Source: Camelus dromedarius (lineage: Eukaryota). Taken from it: a DNA stretch of 64,000 nt. Below, piece by piece: positions 60,251-64,000 of this stretch. Position numbers and translations under genes: made by a program. Position 1 is the stretch's first letter. Each line of letters opens with the position of its first letter. Location of the stretch: the NCBI RefSeq assembly GCF_036321535.1, contig NC_087447.1, positions 41,046,001 to 41,110,000 on the forward strand, in the 5' to 3' direction. A model generated the notes under the pieces. The model did no database searches and had not been told where the DNA came from. It saw only the letters and a list, made by a program, of their open reading frames with translations.

Positions 60251-61399
60251 CCCACAAGTTAATCTTTTCTGATTTTCTCTCCCAAGAGTTTCTGAGTGAG
60301 AACACTTGGCCACTACCTTCTATGGTGAATTTTTGCTCCTGCCCCAACCATCCTTTCCTCATCTTGCTTCTTGGTACTCCAGCCCTCCTGACCTTTTCCG
60401 TGCCCTACTTGCCTATCATTAACATGGTCTTTGCTGAGCCTCCACTTTCCCCATGACCAGCCTCGTAGCACAGGACAAGCACAAAGGCAGCCGAGCGCAG
60501 CTGGGACTGAGGCACCCGGGTCCGAGCACTCAATACCCAGCTGATGAGCCCTCCAGAGGGTACAGGGAAAACAGCTGGAGGCATAGCTGGGCTGTAGTTG
60601 TCCTTCGAAAAGGTGCCTCCCTGGCAGGTGGAGATGATACTGTCACCTTCCTCAACATCAGCCTCATAGATTGAGAAGATGGAAGAGTGCAGGGGAGGCC
60701 AGCCCACCAAGATGTGAGTCTTTCATCATATCCCTAGTCATTTCCTTTTAAAAGAAATACAATATATTCTCAGACCCAGAAGTTTGTACTTTCAGTATTC
60801 ACTGACTGAGAAAACACAATCCAAAAGGCTTCTGTGAATCTACTACTGTCTTTAAGTATTTTTACTTTCCCAAGAGCACCTACATATTTGCAATATATGT
60901 GAATATATAATTTCAAGATACACCTGCCTATAAGCAATGCCTGACAAGTGTATGGATCTGTTGAACTCTTTGCAGTAAATCTGCTTTTTCCCAGCCATCA
61001 GGCTCCAAGACCTGCTTGTCGGAAAAGATTGATCCAGATTATACCAGGGTTTGGGGAGGGAAGAGATACTCTCCCACGGCAGAGAGGTAACTTCTTGAGA
61101 GCAAACCAGATATCAGCAAGAACAGGGAGCGGAAATCCTCCCAGAGCCAAGATTCTATGGGAAGGTGGAATTCTAAGTGTCTTCGTCTTCTCCTGCGTGG
61201 ATTTTGCCACCCATGCCTACAGGCACCAAAGAGTAGTATCTAAATGAGTGTGTGACTCTCCAAGTCTTAATGAATGTGTAGAGATCACTGGAGTGAAAAA
61301 AATGTTTAAATTAGTAACTGTGTCAGCTATTACTTGCATCAAAGCTCTCTCTTCAGTCTTAGGATATTATCCTAGTCCCTCCCTCTCTATCCTCTCAAT

Positions 61400-61610
61400 T
61401 TTGCAATCCATTATGTGCCAGGCTAGATGCTGTGTACATCCTATGTGCCACCTCATTTAATCTTGACAACACCTTCATGGAGTTGGTATTATTATCCTCC
61501 ATTTATAGATGTAGGAACTGAGGGTCAGAGAGGCCAATTGTTTTGCCCAAGGTCACACAGCCAACAAACGACAGAGTTAGGATCCAAACCCAGGTTCTGT
61601 TTGGTACAAA
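61400..61610 (-). mobile_element. MIR SINE
   Basis: ctcatttaatcttgacaacacc ... tttatagatgtaggaactgagggtcagagagg ... gcccaaggtcacacagc. Confidence 0.85.
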
Positions 61611-62306
61611 TTTTCTTTTCACTACAGAACACGGTCTTCTTTCCCTCTGAATCACAAAAATTGTGTTAAGAGACAGAGTGGAGGTAGGGGTGGTAGTCGT
61701 TTTTTTCAGCTTCCAGGCAGAAGGAACTCCTCCTAATGGCATTTTCAAAATTAGAATGTATTTTTTCTGATGTTTATAATTCAGGCAATTGCAGTGACAT
61801 TCAGTTGAAACCTGGCATGCAAGATGTTCGTTTCTCTTAAAAGTTCACTTTTAATTGGCCCCAGTTCTTTCCAAGCCTGGAAGAAATACAGAATGCGTAC
61901 TTCTGCCGTGTTCAATGTTGAAGTCTGTTTGACACAAAGACTCAATACCTGGAGTTTATACTGAATTCCCTGGTAAGAGAGGGGAGAAAGAGGTGAAAGG
62001 CAGACAAAGAAGAAAGGAGGGAGGGAGAAGAGGTGGGGCCTTGCTGGAGCACACTATTCCCACGGGGGTTCTGGAACCCAGAGCACATTCTGTAAACCAC
62101 ATGCAGTAGGACGGTACCCTGCAAAGGAGACCGCACGCCCTCACTCCCCACAGATATCTGGGGACACGTGGGCTGCGGCCATGATGCCCCACTTGACCAG
62201 TTTGGACAGTCCTTACTGGGTCTTCCACTGTCATAAAAATGGGCACCCTCAAGAGAAGCTGGACTGCGTTCAGTCAAGTGATAGAAGAATAAAAGACTTC
62301 TCTAGA

Positions 62307-62418
62307 GTGGGTGGGCACAGCTCAGTGGTAGAGTGCGTGCCTAGCATGCATGAGGTCCTGGGTTCAGTCCCCAGTACCTCCATTTAAAAATTTTTTTTCT
62401 TTAATTAAAAAAATTTTT
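62307..62418 (+). mobile_element. tRNA-derived SINE (Vic-1-like, short form)
   Basis: agctcagtggtagagtgcgtgcctagcatgcatgaggtcctgggttcagtccccagtacctcc; perfect 14-bp TSD aagacttctctaga at 62293-62306 and 62419-62432. Confidence 0.95.
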
Positions 62419-62799
62419 AAGACTTCTCTAGAATTCTCAGTGCACTTCTGGGCTTAGCCCAAATCCCAAAGAGTTCTAAAATTCACATTACCTAAAGAGA
62501 GGAAACCAAGGAACCAGAGTAGTGTGGTGGGAAGGACAAAGGATGAAGTGGAGCCAGAAAGTAGAGATTTAAGTCCCAGCCCTGCTCTGTTATTTGCTAC
62601 CAACATAAACTCCTTGAGACTCAACTTTCTGGGCTGAAAAAATTGAGCTAATAATCCCAAGATTATCATGAGGACTAAATGCAGCATCATATGTAGCCTA
62701 CTTCAAACTACTGCTTCTTACTATAGCAAACTCTGTATTCTGACAAACCCTTCACCATGCTATGTAAAGCCTGGAAATAAAGGATTCAGGAAGAAAGTA

Positions 62800-64000
62800 A
62801 AAAAATTCTCAGGGGCCAAAATAAGGTGGAAACCTAAGAGGACACTGAAGCCCATGTTCCCCGCAGGGCATTTGGCAAACCCAGGTGATCTTCTGCTTCA
62901 ATATTTGTGGCCTAGTGGTTTACAGGAGACAAGAGACAAAGGCTATGGCCGATCCAAAATGGGCAGTCCTGTAGGAGAAACACTGTTCCCTGCTTGAAGC
63001 TAGGAATCAAAGGGCTATGTCCTCAAAGGGTGAAATAGAAATCACACCCCATACCCTCGCCAGCGGGAACAGACCTTGGATTCTAGGTGGAGAGGATAAA
63101 AAATTTCTGAGAACTGCAACTACAAACCCAGGTCAGAATCGGGATTTGAAGCTCAAATTTTTATTACCTGGATTGTCCACAAAACCTCAAGTTGAGACTC
63201 GCTTAAAGAGGTCCTTGTTTAATAGTGTCCCCAGGAGCCTGTGAGAGACAAATAAATCCTTTCTGGAGAAACTCATCTTCAACCCAGGCCTCAAATAATT
63301 TCTAAAGATAGAGTTCCAAAGGAAGTATAATTATACTCATAAAAAAGCAGAATCACAAGGAAACATGACACCATAAGTAAAACAGCCTCCACCTCATCAT
63401 ACCCATAAAAACTTCAGATTTTAGAATTAACAGACACAAAGTAAAAAATATATTTGATACATTCAGAAATAAGAAGATGAAAATTAAGAGTAGGAAGAAC
63501 TATAAACATGACCAAACAGACTTGAAAAAGAATCAAATACGTCATCTACAAACAAAAAAATTATAATAATTGAAATCAAAAGTCAATCAATGGATGTAAC
63601 ACTATTAGACACACCTAGTGAGAGATTTCATCAACTCATAGGCAAATCTGAAAAAAATTACCCAAAATGCAGCAAAGAAGTAAAAAAAAAAAAAACTTTC
63701 TGAATATATGAAAGTTTATGAAAGAGAGCTTAAGAGGCACAGAGGCTAAAGTGAGAAGGTCTCACTTACATCTCACCAAAGCTTCAAAAGGAGAGGAGAG
63801 AGAGACGGGGACAAGCATCATCTGAAAAGATCTGATTGCTGAGACTTTTTCAAAACTAAAAACACATTAATCTTCAGATTCAGCAAATTCCAAGCAGAAT
63901 AATTAAAACAAAATCCACTTCTAGACATACTGACTCTGCAAAACATCAAAGGCTTTAAAATCACCATGAGAAAAACAAAAGACAAATAATCAAACTGACA
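62800..64000 (+). mobile_element. Old LINE-1 5' region / ORF1 remnant (runs off window)
   Basis: A-rich; gacttgaaaaagaatcaaata, aatcttcagattcag, aaacaaatccacttctagacatac, ctgcaaaacatcaaag are ORF1-like motifs. Confidence 0.75.

Noticed and set aside
62307..62385. tRNA gene (also at 7412-7484 and 35720-35794)
   Set aside because: A/B boxes are present, but AT-rich tails and TSDs identify these as SINEs.
1..64000. Protein-coding gene from the ORF track
   Set aside because: All ORFs are 172 aa or shorter, many start at non-ATG codons, and none resembles a cellular protein I recognise; the recognisable ones are L1 remnants. Small exons cannot be excluded.

Overview
This is mammalian, most likely camelid, genomic DNA. 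The assignment is inferred from three short tRNA-derived SINEs resembling the Tylopoda Vic-1 family and from cetartiodactyl-type L1 3' ends. I find no supportable protein-coding exon, CpG island or functional RNA gene. The ORF track is explained by chance ORFs, microsatellite translations and decayed L1 ORF1/ORF2 fragments. The window looks intergenic or deeply intronic and is dominated by transposable elements: L1, HAL1, L2, L3/CR1, MIR, MaLR/ERVL/ERV1 solo LTRs, and hAT/Tigger DNA transposons, often nested. The most distinctive structure is a U6 snRNA-L1 chimeric retrocopy (58090-58416) inserted in a HAL1-like element. Also notable are an unclassified LTR-like insert, a perfect 59-bp tandem duplication, a tail-to-tail L1 inverted pair, a CTCF-like site and several repeat-free islands rich in homeodomain motifs. 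Repeat family names come from my recall of consensus sequences, not a database search. Boundaries are approximate unless a TSD is cited. I do not see evidence for a wholly new biological system.
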